Assembly (NCBI GenBank): GCA_001179505.1
Contig: CDMY01000269.1
Coordinates: forward strand, 77,815-141,814
DNA from: Vitrella brassicaformis CCMP3155
Taxonomy: Eukaryota; Protista; Chromerida
Length of the DNA stretch: 64,000 nt
Reading direction: 5' to 3'
The notes below the pieces were generated by a model. It was given only the letters and a program-made list of their open reading frames with translations. It was not told where the DNA came from and searched no databases. Position 1 is the stretch's first letter. Each line of letters opens with the position of its first letter. Shown one piece after another: positions 33,485 to 46,855 of the stretch. The translations under genes and the position numbers were made by a program.

Positions 33485-34912
33485 ATGTCTGGAGGTGTGA
33501 TCAGGCCGAATGACCCCACTGTGGAGGACAAGATTCTCGGTTAGCGGCGATTGTCACACATTACACGTCAAGGCGCCACAATGAATGTGTTCTTCGTCTG
33601 TTGGCAGGCCAGGGCGGGGAAGGAACGGTGTACAGGGGTGTGTGGCGAAGTCCAGATGGAAATATTTCTGTGGCTGTCAAGACATTCAAAGCCAACGAGG
33701 AGCTTGACGAGGGAGTACGGCTACAGAGCCCTATAGCTTTCCATCATGACGCCCGCGTGTGCGTGTGTGCGTCACGGTGTGCAGTCACAGTTCATGGAGG
33801 TGCTGGAGGAGTTCCTTCCGATGCTCCCCCTTTGTCACCCCAACATAGTGAGGGTGCATGGTGTCTGCAAACACGACAAATACGGCCTCGTCATCGTCAC
33901 AGGTGACAATCCTTCGCTTCATCCAGCTCCCTACGTGTCGTTTGTCCTTCTCAGAGTTGTGTACGGGCGGCTCTCTGGCCTCCTATCTGGCCAAGCATGG
34001 AGCCCCACCGCCGGAGCGGCGCGATAGGTTCATGAGAGAGGTGCATGACGCACAGAAAGAGAGTGTCGTCTGTGTCTCTCTATAAGTGTGTGCGTGGATG
34101 TCAGATATGTGAAGGTGTCCAGTACTTGCATGATAAGAAGATCATCCACGGTGACTTGAAGCCCGAAAATATACTGGTCTCAGCACATCACTCACGCATT
34201 ACTCGATCAAAACAGGTTCCTGTTGTCGCCCGTACTTGTCAGCTGACGGAGGGTCTCGTCATCAAAATATTGGATTTCGGGATAAGCCGGGGCGCTGAGA
34301 GAAAAACCACTGTGACTACAGGTATCCGTAGAAAGTGGAGGATGCGAACGTCGCCGCACAGGTGCTTGCGCTGCAGTTGCTGGAACCTTCTACTATATGC
34401 CTCCCGAGGGCATCGAACCGGAGTGTAAGCATGCCGAGATAAGATGAGCTCCTGGGATCACTGTGTCTGGTGCATTCATAGTGGGAAAACTGACGACGAA
34501 AGCTGACATTTGGGCTGTTGGCGGCGTCGCGATTGAGCTACACGGAGGTAAGAGATAAGAAAGAGCGCAGCTCAAATGCAAGACGGACCGTATTTGATTC
34601 AGGCCGGCGGCCCTTCGAAGGCTTTGGGCCGGCACAAATTCTCCACAAGGTCGTCAACAAGAAGGAGGTGAGATGCCATCACCTCTGCTTTCAACTTATC
34701 AGACTGACTCGGCCCGTAAAAGTCCTGCATCGGCCTTCCTTTTTATCAGATTCCTGACATCCCGCAATCCTTGCTCCCGCATATCAAGAACGCCATCAAG
34801 GCATGCCGAATAAGTTCACAGCATCCGTCTCCTTACTGTCTCTCTCCATGGTGATCAGAGTTGTTTCATCTTCAAAGCGGCCAATCGGCCAACAGCCACA
34901 CAGGTCGTATGA
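33485..34912 (+). CDS. Protein kinase, TKL-like, non-RD (HGD), about 9-10 exons
   Basis: LGQGGEGTVY, VAVK, HPNIV, ELCTGGSL, HGDLKPENIL, KILDFGIS, GTFYYMPPE, KADIWAVG, RPF, NRPT motifs in order across GT-AG introns. Confidence 0.92.
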
Positions 34913-35227
34913 ACTTTCATCAAGGGTGAGAAACGCTGGGGCTCACTGGGGCTCACATACTCGGTGCGTGTACGTTTCAGTTTCTCGATAAACTGGGGCT
35001 GTCTCGTTCGATGTCAAGCGGACAGCCGACGGATACGACTGAGGAACCGCCGACGAGCCCATGGGAATGGCTATTCGGCGGAAAGGCCAAGCGACAAGGT
35101 CCATCTACAGTATATGCATGTTCTTCGATAGATGGTCTCATTCTTGATTTCAGATGCCCTCTCACTTCCTGCGGCTCGCGGTTCACTCGGGAATGTGTCT
35201 CCCGCCGGCCATTCATCGGCTAGCCGC

Positions 35228-36958
35228 ATGAGCATGGCCAGCACCATGCCAGGGCCGCCCAGCACTGCGTCTCCCTCTCAGTCGCCCATTGAGGGAAAGG
35301 TGAGTGAGACGGGCAGGCAGGCTTTCCATCCCACATGTATCTGCACAATCACGTGATGTGTCGGAGTGTGGTGGTGTGCATGTGTCAGTTGGGGTCTACT
35401 ACGTCCACCACGGCTCCTCCAACTCGCTACTACGGTATGAGGGATGGAGATCAGCAGAGATCTGACGGCATCTGTGGACAGACAGGCGGGAAAGCGTGTC
35501 GGGAAGCCAGCTACGATTGCCAACTGTGTCAACTGTGTGTGTATGGTGTCCTTTCCCTTGTTTTTTCCTCAGTTGATCCGTCGTCTGCAGGTTTCAGCCA
35601 CGGCACGTACCCGTCACCGTACGGCATGCCGCTTGGTCCGCACGGGTACCCAGGTGGTCCGTATGGCTACCCGGCCTACCCGCCGGTACCAGGCCAGTAC
35701 TATGCCCCCGGGGCCGGCCAGTACTATGCGCCGGGGGCGGCTGGCGTTGCTCCCACAGTGTATGGTGGGCCCGGTGGTCACACTCAGGCGGTGCTGCCCG
35801 CTGAGCATGCCAAGGGGGGCGAGGCGGACGAGCCCAACAGTCACATTCAGGTGGTGCTCCCTGGTGAAGATGCCGAGGGGGGCGAGGCGGACGACGATGA
35901 GGGCGGCAGGAGGACAGGAGGGCCGGCGAAAGGCGGCAAACTCAGCGCTGAGGAGAAGGTATGTAAGTGGTATGTATACGTACGGTCCCGTAGGTGTGTT
36001 GTGTGGCTGAGTGTCTGTTGTGGGCGGGCAGAAGGATGAGAAGGCTCGTCTGCAGCGGGTTGTCAAGGACTTCGCAAAGGTACTGACTTACTGACTGTCA
36101 CGCATTCGTGTGTGCGAAGAGGTCATTAGACAATCAGGCCTGTGTGTGTCTCGTCTCGTCGTCCTGTGTCTCTCTGTGTGCATTTGTGTGTCGGTCAGGA
36201 TGCCGTCGGGGGGATGGAGATGACGGTCATAGACCTCGACGGTACACAGGCACAGGCCCGCCCAGGAGTGTCCAAAGTTCACCCTCTGGATGAGTGTGCA
36301 GGGAGGAAGTTCAGGACTCTCTTCCAAATGGACAGCTACCTCCAGGTAAGCCAGCCACTCACAACACAACAGACAACCCCACTGCAGTGCAGCCACTGTC
36401 TGTGCGATGGCCTGTCCGTCCGTAGTACTTCACGTTCGAGCCGGTCAAGGGCGAGGCTGTGCCAGAACACATGAGGAAGATCGAAATGAAATCGGTGGGT
36501 GCGGCGCGGGAGGACGTGGGGACAGATCCTGTCTATGTCGGTATGCGCGTGTGTGCATGTACTCAGGTCGACAGTGTGTACAGGGACAGCAAGGTCATGA
36601 AGAAGAAACCCAACTTCCCCTTCCCCGAAGACGCACCACACTGTGTCGGTAAGATGCCCATCAAATACTTCCCCCCATCCATGTGTGTGTATGTGTGTGC
36701 GTAGGATTCGAGACTCGTGGGGGTAGGGTCAAGTTATTTTTCCTTATCCCCGAGGAGGATGCCCGGGACAACTTCTACACATGTTTCAAAGTACTCAGGT
36801 GAGGACACACTCACACACAGAGGGAGACAGGCAGGAAGGGCGGCGTAGTCATGTCAGCCAGAGAGAAAGAGCCAGCCGCCAGCTAACGAGTGGGTGGGAG
36901 AAGACACACATGACTGTTTTCTGGCAGACTCAGCGTGGAGGTCAAGAAGCAGTCGTAA
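35228..36958 (+). CDS. Alveolate ISP-type PH-like domain protein with Pro/Tyr/Gly-rich N-terminus
   Basis: LSAEEK | DEKARLQRVVKDFAK | DAVGGMEM...FQMDSYLQ | YFTFEP...IEMKS | VDSVY... | ...EEDARDNFYTCFKVLR | LSVEVKKQS*. Family assigned from recalled similarity. Confidence 0.65.
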
Positions 36959-37389
36959 CAATTGGTGCCCTATTCTTCCAGCTGACAGGATTTTGGTCGG
37001 TACGTGTATGTCATGTGATTGTGAACGATCAGGAGGCAGTGAGACAGGCCGGTAAGACCACCGAAACTTAGATACTCAATGTGTCCTCTGCCTTCTCGCG
37101 CCATGTCACTGCTATCAGAATCATGCGCTCTGATACAGCCATGCAACACGGCACAGAAAGCCGGCAAAAAAGGCTTAACACATAGTCTTGTCGCTCACAA
37201 GCATTACACACTCTGATTAAGCCGTCCATTCATTCATTCAGACTATGCAAGTATGCACTGTTTTGTCAAGCAGATCTAGCCCAGCTCGAACGTTGTCACA
37301 CCGTACCTACACACACAGCAAAGTACAGCAGCAACAGCCATCAGAGAGAGGCGGGGAGCTGCAGAGAGAGACCGACGTGAGCTGTCTGA

Positions 37390-38681
37390 CTATCCCAGGG
37401 TTGTTGTGGTCAGGCCATACCTGACGCATACACACAGCACACACGAAGAGTATCCATCCACCATACGAGAAGCGCCAAGCCACCCACCCACTCACCATTT
37501 GTTGAGGCCGCCATTGAGGTGACTGACTTCGCTGCCGTCCGAGTGCTGCGGTTTGAGATACATCCGGCTGGTGCGGAACACCTCACCCATCCCGTACCTG
37601 AACAGGGACGATCAGACATCGTCATGCTCGAATGAGGCGCTTCTCAACGTGGGCCTACGTGTCTGGCAGGTGATGGCTGTGTGGGTTCTTGTCGGTGTCA
37701 ATGCAGTCCAGGTAGACGGGAATGGTCGATGAGCCACCTGCAGGCGACAGACAAACATGAAAGAACGGAAAACGGCCCCTGCTGTCTGTCGCGGCGCTGC
37801 TGCCCACCTGACAACTCTTTGGCCTTGCTGTCCTTGACGAGGTCCACAGCGGCGCCGAACAGCGCCTCAGCAGTGGGCAAGCCGTCAGCGAATAAAGGGC
37901 CAACTTTGAACCCGCGGAAGCACTCGCGAATCACGATATAGCCCTCAATGTTGCCATCGTTGGCTCGATGGATGAAGCACGCATTGTTCTTGACCCACGG
38001 CAGCAGGAAGCTCCGCCGGCCGCAGCCGAACACCGCTGCGTCATAAGCCACCAGCTGATCAAACACAGCCGCGTCATCAGCCGACAGCCGGCTCACGCCG
38101 CTGGCTGACGCGTCATCCCTCTCGATGACTGTGGTCGATGTCACCCTGAGCTCATAGCGGACCGACGAGAAGGCCACCTCAAAGCCGCTCTTTGCGTATC
38201 TGTCTCTCTGCTCGACCACCGCATCGAGTCCGAAGACGACATCAGAGCCGCCGTCACGCTGGCGGCCGTGCTCCAGTGCACCGTTCCACAGTGCTGCCCC
38301 GATGCCCTTGCGACGATGCTCCTGGGCAACGATGAAGAAACCGAGGAAGCAGTAGCGGAATGGGCGGCCGTCTGTCGTTGTGAGTGGGTACTGGACACAC
38401 GAGATGCAGCCGATGGGGACGGTGCCTGGATTGGGAGACTTGGACTCGGCGACAATGTAGCCCTCGCTGTCAGTCGCGAGGAAGGCGGACGCGTCGGACA
38501 AACCAGGATTCCTGCGTTCGACAAGTGAATTGACATGCGTCGCAACAACTTAGATCTGCGATTGCTTTGGCTCTTACCATCCCTCCTGCCGTGCCATCTC
38601 GACACAGAACTGCACCTCAGCATCGCCCTTCATCAAACGCAAGGCCAGCGCTTGCATGCCCTCAACAGATCTTGGAAACAT
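37390..38681 (-). CDS. GNAT acetyltransferase with YitH-like C-terminal domain
   Basis: VEMARQEGW | NPGLSDASAF...IGCIS...LGFFIVAQEHRRKGIGAALW...GLDAVVEQRDRYAKSGF...YDAAVFGCGRRSFL...FKVGPLFAD...VYLD...EVFRTSRMY...YGLTTTTLG*. Start tentative (38681 or 38657). Confidence 0.88.
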
Positions 38682-38826
38682 TGGAATGGACCAAAAATGA
38701 TCAAGCCACCACCCCGAGGCTTCCACAGGCTTCTGGGATGCCGGAAGCCTCAGAAGCAGACGCGAGCTTTTCAGTTGGATCGACAGATCTGCACTCGCGA
38801 CGGAAAGGCCGGGAGGAAGAACGCAA

Positions 38827-39864
38827 ATGAGGAGCGCACTGCTGCAGATTGTGAACGCCGCTTGTGCGGCAACGAGTCTTCGACTGCTTCTCGCTCTGCC
38901 GGCTGCCTCTATTGCGTCCCATGGCAGCCAGTCGCATCTCCCATCGACAGCCCTCACCCCTGCATTCACACCGTCTTTACTGAGGAGAAGCATCCCTGGC
39001 CATGAGGCGGCGATGCCATCTGCGATGACACAGCGGCGCCGGTGTGTGCGGATGAACGTGTTGACGGATCTATGGGGAGGCTATCTGAGCAGCCTGGACG
39101 CCCAGCCGCTGCTCACCAAGTGCCTCACCAGCGGCGTCATCCTGCCAGCCGCAGACATCGCAGCACAGGTGTGTGCATACGGCCGAGGCGATACAACACC
39201 CATGTGAGCTTGTCGTCGATATGGTGCCTCTTTGTTCACTGCAGTTGATCGAGAAGCGCGGAGATCCATCAGCGCCACGCGGCATTGACTTCACCCGCAC
39301 CTCCCGATGGCTGGCGGCCGGCTTCCTCCTCCACGCCCCATGGAACCACTACTGGTACAACTTTCTCGACGCCCGTGTGCCGCCGCCCACCGAGCCGCTG
39401 AGCGGCATCAATTTCTTGAGGCTGGCGTTGGATCAGTTCCTGCAGGCGCCCGTCTTCACGGCCCTCTTCTTCGCTGGTCAGTGCAAAGGACATAGAGAAG
39501 GCAGAATGACGACTCTCGTGTCATTTGTGTGTGTGTGACATTGTGTGTGCAGTGCTGCAGCTGCTGGAGGGCGCTAACACTCAGGGCGTGCGGGACAAGC
39601 TGAGCCGAGACTGGTGGAGCACCATGAAGACCAACTGGGTGGTGTGGCTGCCCGCGTCCTTCATCAACCTGGCCTTCGTGCCGACTGCTCTCAAGCTGCT
39701 GTACGTCAACGTGGTGAGCCGGCATGGCGTGAGGAGGGCAAGAGCCGACCGAAGCCGCACACTGTGATTCTCTGGTGTCTGTGTGTTGTCAGGTGTTCTA
39801 CTTTTGGTCTATATTCCTGTCGATTGTGGCCAACAGAGATGTAGAGCCGCAGAAACAGACATGA
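38827..39864 (+). CDS. Mpv17/PMP22 family membrane protein with long N-terminal extension, 4 exons
   Basis: PLLTKCLTSGVILPAADIAAQ | ...DFTRTSRW...APWNHYWYNFLD...LALDQFLQAP | ...WSTMKTNWVVWLPASFINLAFVP...LYVNV | VFYFWSIFLS...*. Confidence 0.92.
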
Positions 39865-41119
39865 GAGAGACTCGTGCCGGTGGTCTGATGGTAAGTACTG
39901 CTCTCGCCCCCTTGGTGTTTTGCGTCTGTATCATGTCGTCCGTCACGATGGTGGACACAGTGGCATCCAGTCTGTGTGTCGCCTGCGTGGACGGGGGGAG
40001 GTTCAGATGCGGACACAAAGGGGCAAGAGCGCCGGGTGCCTAGGGGGTGTATGTGCGAGAGTTTCCATGACAGCTCAAGTACATATGAGTGACGTGCTCA
40101 TGACGGGTTTTTCGGTCTCTGTTCCTTCATTGATGTGTGTTACGCTACACGCGACGATGTCGCCGACATACATACATGTAACCTGTCTGTCTTCCAGCCT
40201 GCCTGTTAAGGTGGGGTGCGGTGTGAGCAAGTTACATATGCTCGACTACCCGGCCCAGTCGCCAGTCTTGACTAAAGTGCTGCACACACCACACCACACT
40301 TCACCACACTACACTACCTGCAGACATTCATACGTACACGTAGATGGCATGACTAACTAATTGCATTGCACGCACCCATCAGTGCGACTAAACACGCACT
40401 CGTCATAATAGAAAGGTATTATGGCTTCCATCATCTCGCTGACTGACACGGACTAAACTCACACACATGCATGGGGGCCGAAAAGTTGTGTTACACCTTT
40501 CACTCACTCACTCACTGACGTCAGGTAGGCCGGTCAGTCCGTCGCTGTGTCGGTCGGTCGGTCGCTTGGTCGACGGATGGACAAATGATGATCTGCACAC
40601 GTAACCATATTTGGTCGGTCACAGCCATCGCACGCTCACACTCTCACGCACACATACACGCATCCACGCACCCCCAACCACCCCACCAATCCCTATTGCG
40701 GGAACCAAAGAAAAAAACAAAACACCCCACATGCACCCANNNNNNNNNNNNNNNNNNNNNNNNNNNNNNNNNNNNNNNNNNNNNNNNNNNNNNNNNNNNN
40801 NNNNNNNNNNNNNNNNNNNNNNNNNNNNNNNNNNNNNNNNNNNNNNNNNNNNNNNNNNNNNNNNNNNNNNNNNNNNNNNNNNNNNNNNNNNNNNNNNNNN
40901 NNNNNNNNNNNNNNNNNNNNNNNNNNNNNNNNNNNNNNNNNNNNNNNNNNNNNNNNNNNNNNNNNNNNNNNNNNNNNNNNNNNNNNNNNNNNNNNNNNNN
41001 NNNNNNNNNNNNNNNNNNNNNNNNNNNNNNNNNNNNNNNCCCCTCCCCCCACCGCCTCCAATGCCACCAATCAATCCGATTAATCAGTCCATCAGTCAAC
41101 CAATCAGTCAGTCAGTCAG

Positions 41120-42226
41120 TCACTCCCCTTCGCTTCTCCGCCTGCCTTTTCTCCTAAGGCTGATGCCCGACAGGCGCGTCTTCTCCAACCAGGACCCCAG
41201 CTTGGCCAGCGCCGCCTCCCTCTCGCTGCAGGCCGCCCGGCCGTGCCGCCCGTCGTCACGGCGCACTATCCGGAACTTCCCGGCGCGCGTCACCTCCTGC
41301 ACCGAGCCCTCCTTGGCCGTGGCCGCCTCGTCCATATTGGCCGTCTCGGTGCTGCGTGTGGTGGGCATCTCGCGTGGTGGCGACCGGTTGACCAGGTTCT
41401 CTTCCTCGACGTCGGTCACGTTAGGCGAGGCCTCGATGAAGGTGATGCCGCGAATGAACTGCGTGAGGGCCGGGGGGGAGCCGTCGGATGACGGCGAGCG
41501 GCCATTCAGCCGGGACAAGATGGACAGCGCCTCTCGCTGAAGGCTGAGGTTCTCCTCGAGCAAGTCGTGGTATCTGACACGCTTTGTGGCGTCGCTGTCA
41601 CCGTCCTCTCCCTCTCCCTCTCCGTCGGCCATGTCATGCTGCTCCTGCTGCAGTGCGTGCCGGTGTGTGTGGTGGGGCTGCTTGTCGGACGGCTGTCCGG
41701 CCGCCTCGTCTTCGGGCGGTGTGATGCCCTGCCGTGTGGGGCTCTCGAGGATGGCCGCTAGATCACTGGCCTGCCCCACCTCCAGCCTTAATGCATTCTG
41801 AATGATGTTCCGCTGCCGCTGGACATGCGACTGAAACCGACGAACAGAAACACATGACCAGTGCCAGGGTCTGTGCAAAGGGGTGCGTCATACCACGAGC
41901 AGTTTCTTCTCTGCCTCTAGCCTCCGTATCTCGCTGTCCTGATACTCCAACAACCTCTGCCAGATGTCAACCTGCAGAACACAATGCCGGCACACACACG
42001 CGCACAACTGTTGTGTTCTCAATGCGCCTTTGTGTGCCGTATTAGTCACCTGGCTTCTCAACGCCTCAACTTCATCCTTTAGTCGGATCCTCTCGAGCAG
42101 CTGCCTCCGCTCTCTCTCCTGCCTCTTGTCGTTGCCTGAACTGCTGGAACTCCGTGACGCCTGGCTATCTGACGGAGGACTGTCCAGCGGCCGACGTATA
42201 ATAGAGCCGGACGTAGAGATAAGCAT
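41120..42226 (-). CDS. Coiled-coil protein of unknown function, 3 exons
   Basis: ...ERRQLLERIRLKDEVEALRSQ | VDIWQRLLEYQDSEIRRLEAEKKLLV | SHVQRQRNII...LLEENLSLQREAL...; clean splice sites and a long final ORF. Confidence 0.65.
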
Positions 42227-42394
42227 CAGCAGTCAGCGCCTTGAGATTTTCTTCTTGCTATCTGCGAGCTAAGCGTTCCGAGCTACTTCGAATTTTCCCC
42301 GGCGCCATTCGCCGAGAAGACGAGCACACGCAGCAGCGCGTTGAGTGTGTTCAACGATTCCATCGTCATTTGTCGAGATCCATCAACCTGAAAG

Positions 42395-45300
42395 ATGCCG
42401 AAAGGTTCATCGTCAGTGTCGAAGGCCAAGGACTCCGGCAAGACCAAGAAGCTGCTCAAGCTCAAGTCCAAGCTCCAGCAAGCCGCCAGGGGCAAGATCG
42501 GCAGCAAGCAGAGGGAGAAGAGGGGCAAGGGCGTTAAGTTCGACTATGACCAGTTCGCCAAGCAGTTCCGAAAGCTGCAGGCAGGCGGCTCGCGGGCAGA
42601 TTGGGAGGTTGCCGACGACGAGAGCGTTGCATCTGACGAGGCGTTTGATGCCGATGACGAGGAGCAGTACGGCGAGACTATAGCGAGCATCAAATCGAGG
42701 GCAGAAGGGGCCCAAGAGGGACAAGAAGAGAGAGAGGAGTGGGACGAGGGCGACGATCATGACGAGCAGATGGACGCCTCGGCCAATCCAGGGCTCTTCC
42801 TGGACAGATTCATGTCTGATGACATCGACATGCCCCTACCCGACCAGCCACCGGCCTCTCAGAAGCCCGCCAAGCGGCGAGGGATGCCGAGCGGGCAACA
42901 TGACGACGAGGGAGAGGGAGAGGGGGATGGGGAGGAAGATGCGGATGATCTGTCGAAGCTCGTTGAGATGCCTGACGAGAACGATGCCCCTGACCCAGCA
43001 GAGCAGTTGCGCCGTCGCGTCTATCAGGAGTCCAGGCCTGAATCCGTCTTCGATATCGGCCCAGGTACGATTGGGCCGCAACCGCGTGTATGATTGGATG
43101 CCCGCTCGTTCGTTCGTTGTGTGTGTTGCCTTCCTGTTGTCATTCAGACGCCGGTGGTCGACGGGATCAGATCACGACCGATGACATTTTGGCGACCCTC
43201 CAGACCGACGCCGCACCGCCGAGAGGCGATGGTGCAGACCAGGACGAGGAGGAGGGGGAGGGGCAGCGAAGCGCTCGGGACGATGGCGTTCGTGGCGCCG
43301 CCAGCCAACTGAGATCTGAGCTAGAGACCCTGCAGAGAACAGTAGGCCGATGGATGGATGGATGGCCAACGAAATGAATGGACACGATGTGTGTGGATGT
43401 GATACTGTGCCGCGTATGTGTTGTGTGTGTGCAGACTGCCGTGAGTGAGCCGTTGTCAGAGCCCAAGGCGGCTCGTGTGGACAGGAAGCTCAAGTATGAC
43501 TTTGCGAGGAAGGACATACAGAAGTGGCTGCCGCAGGTCAAGAGGAACAGGTCAGCCAGTCAGTGAGTGAGTGACGACAAACAGCCCCTTCATCTCGCCT
43601 GCCCTCCTGCATGTGTGTGTGTGTGTGTGTGTGTGTTGGTTCAGGGAGTCTGAGCAGCTGCAGCTGGGCCAGGTGCCTGACGGCCTCAACAACTCTATGT
43701 AAGGGAAAGAACACACACACACACACGCATAAGGCGACCGAAGGAGACACCGCACCGTACACTAACTACACTATTCCGCTGTGGGTGTCAGGGCCAACAT
43801 CGTCTCCTCGTTCAAGCCATCGACCGACTTCGAAAAGGTGCGCACTCACACCCGACCTATCGCATTCATGGCCTTCTGGGCTGGGCGGGTCCTCAGGAGT
43901 TGTTGACGGCTCTGGAGGAGTCTGGTCTGCAGGAGAACGACAGAGCGGATGAAATGCCCGACGTGGGTGGCGGGGAAGAGGTGAGGGGGCGGGGAGGGGG
44001 AGGGGGGCTGCATGCGCTGCGCACGTGGTGGGCAGGTCGGCAGGCAGGCAGGCAGGCAGGCAGTCGGTAGGTGGTGTATATAATGATGAGACTTGTGCCA
44101 TAGGAAGTGCCGTCTGATGGGTGCCTTATTGGATCAGCACCCACACACATGACGCACAACAGCACTGCTGATCGATACATACATCATCGCACACACAAGC
44201 ACCCACACACATCAACGTGTGCACTCATCACCGACCCCCTTCTTGGTCGCCCTGTCTCTGTGTGTGATGTGTGTGTCCATCAGTCCGCTACATTGAAGCG
44301 TCTGAAGGCCCTGATGTTCCGCGAGCAGCGCCGCAACGCCCGGCTGGCCAAGATCAAATCAAAGACCTGGCACAAAGTCCACAGAAAGGTACGCATCCAT
44401 CGCACACCCACGCACACGACGCAGGGGGGAAGTGACATCTGTGTGTGTGTGTCGTCATCCCATCCCATGTCAGGCGGAGGCTCGCGAGAAGGAAAAGCTC
44501 ATGGCGCGGCTCGCTGTGGAGGACCCCGGTAAGACCATATTCAACACACTGCCGACTTTTGTGGACTCCCACTGACGCGCCTTAATTGTTCAGAGCTGGC
44601 GCAGTCCATCCAGAAGGAGTACGAAGAGAAGCGAGCCAGGGTAAGACATCCAGTGCCCCACCATAACGACACACCCACACAATACCGTCATCCCGTTGAT
44701 TTGATTCGCTGCAGGTGCGTATGTTGGAGCGGTCAACGGCGCGCAAGAAGTGGGCTCGACTGGCGGCTCGGTTCGGCGGCAAGGCCGTGCAGCCCCTCAT
44801 CACCGAAGCAGCACAGCGCGAACACGACGAGAAGGCCGCCATCGACAAAATCGCCAAGACCAAACCCGGCAACGCATACACACAAGGTAGGTAGGGACAC
44901 CGGTGGGGCGGGGCGGGCCAGCGGAGCAACACAAGACACAGACACACAAATCGGGACCACTTGTTGCAGGGGAAGATTCGGACGAAGAAGTTCATTTGAC
45001 ATCTGACGAGGAGGAGGAAGACGACGACAAGGCCGAGGGAGGTGGTGGTGGTGGCAGCTACGAGGAGCAGGTCAAGGGCAAGGCCAAGCTGCTCGCACTC
45101 GACGAGCTCAAACAGACTGACGGTGAGGGGAAGCGGCGGGCGAACCCATTCACATGGGTATGGATGTCTGTCTGCATTTCGCAGAACCTCTGCCCGACAC
45201 GGGTCTGTTTGCGCTGCCCTTCATGCGCAAGGCCATCGAAGAGGAGAGGTAGGAACCTTGCTTGCACACACCGACACCACACACACACGCACCGGTGTGT

Positions 45301-46855
45301 CCCTTCCTATATCTTCTGTGCGTCAGGGAGTCGAGCCGTCGTGAGGCCGAGAAGCTCCTGCAGGAGCTGGAGCAGGAGACCGACACCCATCCACACAGAA
45401 GACCCGACCCACGAGACGACCTGCAGCTCGACCAAGAGGACAAAGAACCCGATGACCACGAGAGCCAGCGGATCGCCGCAGAGAAGGAGGCCAAACAGGC
45501 CGAGAAGGAGAAGAAGAAAAAAGCCAAGACCGTCCGCTTCCGGGAAGAGGACCTCGAGAAGGCCAGGGAAGAAGTGAAGGGGATGCTTGGCCAGGACGGC
45601 GACCTCATAATGATGGCTGGCGACCACACACACCGGCCTCGAGAGTCCCTCCCATCTGCCGCCCTGCACACCAGCACCTCCACCAAGGTGCGCGTCGACC
45701 AGCCCCTCACCACACGTATGCCGGCAAAGCGACCACGCGACGAGCACCAGCACACAGACGAGCAGGAGCACCCGCCAAACCCCTGGATCGATGGCTATGT
45801 GCCTCCCAAGGACGACAGCAAAAAGAAGAGACGAAAGACCAAGAAGGGGCCGGCTGGTGGGGATGGTGACGGTGATGGGGCTGGTGGCGAGGAGGAGGAT
45901 GTGTTGGCAGGGTTTGACGTGGGCAGCACTGAGGAGAGGGAGCAGCAGCGGGAGCTGCTCAGACAAACCTTCCAGTCGTCGACACACGTACGCACAACCC
46001 ACCCAACGCACTTTGTTTGCTTCATTGCACCAAGTCCCCGGTCTGTCTGTGTGGGTGTGTCTGTAGGAGGACGATTTTGTGCGTGAGGTGGGCCAAGACG
46101 AGGACGAGAAGCTCACCGCCGAAGAGAAGAACACATCAGCAGGTTCGTTCACCACCCCACAACACACAACATCCACACATCAGACACATATCACCCTCTC
46201 TCTCTTCCCCTGATTGGTTTTGTCAGATCTGCCCGGGTGGGGCGAGTGGGCGGGGTCTGGTGTGCGTCCGAACCGCCGCAAGCAGCGGGAGAAGGAGGTG
46301 AAGGAGCGGCAGAAGCAGGCTGCCATCGCCAAGCGAGAACACCAGGTGCGGCGGAAGCCTGTGAGCGTCACCCAATGCCTCGACAGGAAGGCCGCCAAAT
46401 ACTACACCACCACAGTAAGTCGGTCCCACACACCACACCGCACACAGACGCAAGGAGGGAGGAGGAATGTTTGTGGTGTGGTGTGGTGGATACTTACTTC
46501 AGGTGCCTCATCCATATCAGTCCAAGCAGCAGTACGATCGGATGCTGCAGTAAGCAAGAGTACACACAAGGCCTGGGGGAGGGGCACCGACAAACAAATC
46601 GCCCGTGTGTGTATGTCAGGCACCCGACAGGCCCGGACTGGAACACCACTGCCGTCTTTCACCGACTGATTCAGCCCAAGGTACCAACACGCAGACTCGC
46701 AGACAGACAGGCACAGCACAGAGGGGGACAGGACAACACTCCTGAACCCCTCTGTCATGTCATATACTCACTCTTGTTTGTGTGCCATCAGCTGAATGTG
46801 CGTGTGGGTGCGGTGGTGCCCCCACTCCAACACGCCAAACACCTTTCGCCAAAGG
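42395..46855 (+). CDS. UTP14: U3 snoRNP / SSU processome protein Utp14 (3' end uncertain)
   Basis: Acidic N-terminus, then PLSEPKAARVDRKLKY...IQKWLPQVKRNR, LKALMFREQRRNARLAKIKSKTWHKVHRK, KWAR, LPGWGEWAGSG, DRKAAKY...VPHPY...QY...PTGPDWNT...QPK...GAVVPP. Confidence 0.92.
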
